Assembly: GCA_051530055.1 (NCBI GenBank)
Contig: CM121341.1
Coordinates: 7,728,784 to 7,792,783, forward strand
Reading direction: 5' to 3'
Length of the DNA: 64,000 bases
Source: Neoechinorhynchus agilis
Lineage: Eukaryota > Animalia > Acanthocephala
A program made the position numbers and the translations under genes. Positions 60,976 to 64,000 of the stretch are shown here, piece after piece; the stretch's first letter is position 1; every line of letters starts with the position of its first letter. The notes under the pieces were generated by a model. That model saw only the letters and a list, made by a program, of their open reading frames with translations. It ran no database searches and was not told the origin of the DNA.

Positions 60976-61164
60976 TTTTACATTTAAATGATCTCTTGAG
61001 ATTTTATGTCTTCCGGATTAACTCGTGCCCAACTGTTCGGATTCAATAAATCCACTGATCGGCTATTAATAGTGCCCTTTTTTTTCGGTACCAGTCGAAA
61101 TCTAACCTTTTTTGCCTAGAAAATCTTACCTAGTGAACGTTTTTTGGGGATTCAACAAAACGTC

Positions 61165-62470
61165 TAAAAAAAATCAATAATCGATCAATAAAGGTGAATT
61201 TGGAAACTTTACATTGGGTTTTTCTGAAATTTTAAGTCTTTCTAGGGCAAAATTTATTGACAAGTTTTAGAATTTATAATCTTTGATCCAAATTAGTTGA
61301 TCCCATTATCGATTTTTCATCGATCGTCGATTTCTTCTCTTGTAGACCTTTTCAAGAAACGTCGTTTATGTCACGTCTTTTTTAAAAATCAATAATCGAT
61401 CAATAAAGGTGAATTTGGAAACTTTACATTGGGTTTTTCTGAAATTTTAAGTCTTTCTAGGGCAAAATTTATTGATACGTTTTAGAATTTATAGTCTTTG
61501 ATCCAAATTAGTTGATCCCATTATCGATTTTTCATCGATCTTCGATTTCTTCTCTTTTAGACCTTTTCAAAAAAACGTCGTTTATGTCACGTCTTTAAAA
61601 AAATCAATAATCGATCAATAAAGGTGAATTTGGAAACTTTACATTGGGTTTTTCTGAAATTTTAAGTCTTTCTGGGGCAATATTTATTGATACGTTTTAG
61701 AATTTATAATCTTTTATCCAAATTAGTTGATTCCATTATTGATTTTTCATCGATCGTCGATTTCTTCTCTTGTAGACCTTTTCAAAAAACGTCTTTTGTC
61801 ACGTCTTTTTTTAAAAATCAATAATCGATCAATATAAGATAATTTGGAAACTTTACATTGGGTTTTTCTGAGAATCAGTCTTTCTGGGGGCAAAATTTAT
61901 TGATACGTTTTAGAATTTATAGTCTTTGATCCAAATTAGTTGATCCCATTATCGATTTTTCATCGATCGTCGATTTCTTCTATTGTAGACCTTTTCAAAA
62001 AACGTCTTTTATGTCACGTCTTAATTTAAAAATCAATAATCGATCAATAAAGGTGAATTTGGAAACTTTACATTGGGTTTTTCTGAAATTTTAAGTCTTT
62101 CTGGGGGCAATATTTATTAATACGTTTTGGAATTTATAATTTTTGATCCAAATTGGTAGATCCCATTATCGATTTTTCATCGATCGTCGATTTCTTCTCT
62201 TGTAGACCTTTTCAAAACGTCGTTTATGTCACGTCTTTTTTAAAAATCAATAATCGATCAATATAGGTGAATTTGGAAACTTTACATTGGGTTTTTCTGA
62301 GAATCAAAGTCTTTCTGGGGGCAATATTTATTGATACGTTCTAGAATTTATAATCTTTGATCCAAATTAGTTGATACCATTATCGATTTTTCATCGATCG
62401 TCGATTTCTTCTCTTGTAGACCTTTTCAAGAAAGGTTTTTTATGTCACGTCTTTGAAAAAATCAATAATC
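61165..62470. repeat. ~215-bp tandem repeat, ~6 copies
   Basis: aaaatcaataatcgatc at ~61168, 61383, 61600, 61814, 62027, 62233, 62458. Confidence 0.93.
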
Positions 62471-63532
62471 GATCGCTAATAAATTGATTATGGCAATCAA
62501 GTCCTTCAATTTAGCCTTTCGTTGATTGGGTTGCGTAACCTGAAGAAATTTTGGCTGATCTTCAAATTTTGATCACTGACCAAAGGATCGGAAAATGCGT
62601 TAATTGCCGAATGCTCATCTTTGTAGTCAAGATTAAAGAGTGTTTCCACTTTTAATCCACGCAAACAGATCAAAAGTACGAACGGATCATTAAAACGATC
62701 ATAGATTTTTGAATTATGGTCGTCCTGGCGATTCTTAAAGTTTAAAATTGAAAATTGATTTTTTAATGCATGCGATGACTAATCTTTAACATGATTTTAA
62801 ATTGATTTTTTTCCATTTAAAAATTCAGTACAATTTGGTATTCTGCCAAAAGTCCATTATGTTCCTCACGTTTTCGTGAAAGTGGCAACTTTAAGTAAAT
62901 CAGATGAGAATTTAGCGAATGTGAAAGCTTAATTTATCTTATGAGTGTGAAATGGACTTATTATCTTAATTTTCCTTGAGAACATAATGGAAAAGCTTTA
63001 GTTTTTTTGCACTGTAAAATCTTCTCATATTTTCATAGACTGTGAAAGCTTTGGATGATAATTTGATTTTTCGTAATTCACACCAAGACTTGTCTATGTT
63101 CGATATTAAAGATTTTATCAATGACTTCCTTCTTAGTTGCTCAATTAATTCGATTTTTTATCGAGATCACAATCATAAACTCAAAGTAAAGCTAACACCG
63201 AGCCGTGATTAATTTCGCAATGTGCCATCGTTTTCTTATGGAAAACTGATCCAGATACGATCTAATGGTCAGCGGTCTCATGTTTCCACATTTGAACTGC
63301 GCTGTTTGGGATCCAAAAACTTACGATTTTGATGTGCGTTATCGATTTTAAAAGAAATTAGTCGGCTTTTTTATTTGAACGAATCGGTTTATCAAATGTG
63401 ACAAACTGAAAAAAAAGAAGGAATTTATGGGAAGGATTCGTAACCTTTAAGATTTATAGTTTGTGATATGATTAAAGAATTTATAAATTTTTATTACACA
63501 TCCTCAGATTTACAAAATAATCCCATTTGAAA

Positions 63533-63958
63533 TCATCGCTGTACAAGAATGAGAGGTTTAAAGTATTTCGGAGCTTTTAAAAACTTAAAGTTGAATGTCG
63601 ATTTCGTTGAAGTATTCTTGAAGCATTGCTGCGTTGCTTTCACTGAATAATCGTTTGCCAAAATTTGTTCAATCGAAAACGACAAACGTTCCTTCTTTGT
63701 TCGGACTCTTCGCTGGCAAGGTTCAATGTTTTCTTTGAAACTTTTTGATTTTGAACGTTCTCTTTTATTAGCCAACCATTTGGTTATTTGTCCTCGTCGA
63801 AGTCCTGTTGTGCTTGAAGCCGTTTCAAGGTCGAACGATGTCATGTAAGGACATTGGCGATTTTCTTCAAACCATTTGTTAAGATAAGAAATTGCTTCAT
63901 TGCTAAAACGAATGTTTCGTCTGTTCGAAAGCATCGCGTTCAAGTTGTTGGTTTGCAT
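63533..63958 (-). CDS. Divergent TALE-class homeodomain protein
   Basis: RRNIRFSNEAISYLNKWFEENRQCPY...TGLRRGQITKWLANKRER: three-residue loop extension before PY and a helix-3 W-x-x-N-K-R motif. Confidence 0.75.
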   Translation of the reverse strand: MQTNNLNAMLSNRRNIRFSNEAISYLNKWFEENRQCPYMTSFDLETASSTTGLRRGQITKWLANKRERSKSKSFKENIEPCQRRVRTKKERLSFSIEQILANDYSVKATQQCFKNTSTKSTFNFKFLKAPKYFKPLILVQR

Positions 63959-64000
63959 TGGTTTTCTCTATTTCTGGAAACGATCAACGAGTAGCCTTTC

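Noticed and set aside
1-64000. Assigning the sequence to Fritillaria or another named taxon
   Set aside because: The intron ends only partly match the AG/AC-AG/AT pattern, canonical short introns are common here, and no diagnostic marker gene is present.

Overview
AT-rich, gene-dense eukaryotic window. The proteins look animal-like, but I cannot name the taxon. Housekeeping genes recognised: a ClC-3/4/5-type chloride/proton exchanger, ELP3, NudC, RPL26, USP5/13, a SENP/Ulp1 protease, an AIG1/ADTRP-like gene, NSRP1, a C1GALT1-like glycosyltransferase, FANCM and a divergent TALE homeobox gene. There is also an orphan tail-anchored protein present in two inverted copies with identical protein sequence. 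Between and inside the genes lie many minisatellite arrays (about 107-350 bp units) and decayed non-LTR retrotransposons of the CRE, RTE and CR1/L2-like groups. One RTE fragment has been amplified into a ~590-bp tandem array. Main observation: two intron classes appear to coexist. Ordinary short GT-AG introns (about 44-66 nt) occur in ELP3, AIG1-like, NSRP1, C1GALT1-like and SENP. At least nine other interruptions (CLC x2, ELP3, NudC, USP5, SENP, NSRP1, FANCM x2) have no GT-AG pair at the junction predicted by protein homology. These are bounded by 7-16 bp imperfect terminal inverted repeats, often with 2-6 bp flanking direct repeats, and several are inflated by satellite arrays. This points to a structure-defined, probably transposon-derived non-canonical intron (or IES-like) system. 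All junctions were inferred by eye from remembered orthologue sequences and need RNA-seq confirmation. Repeat boundaries are approximate.
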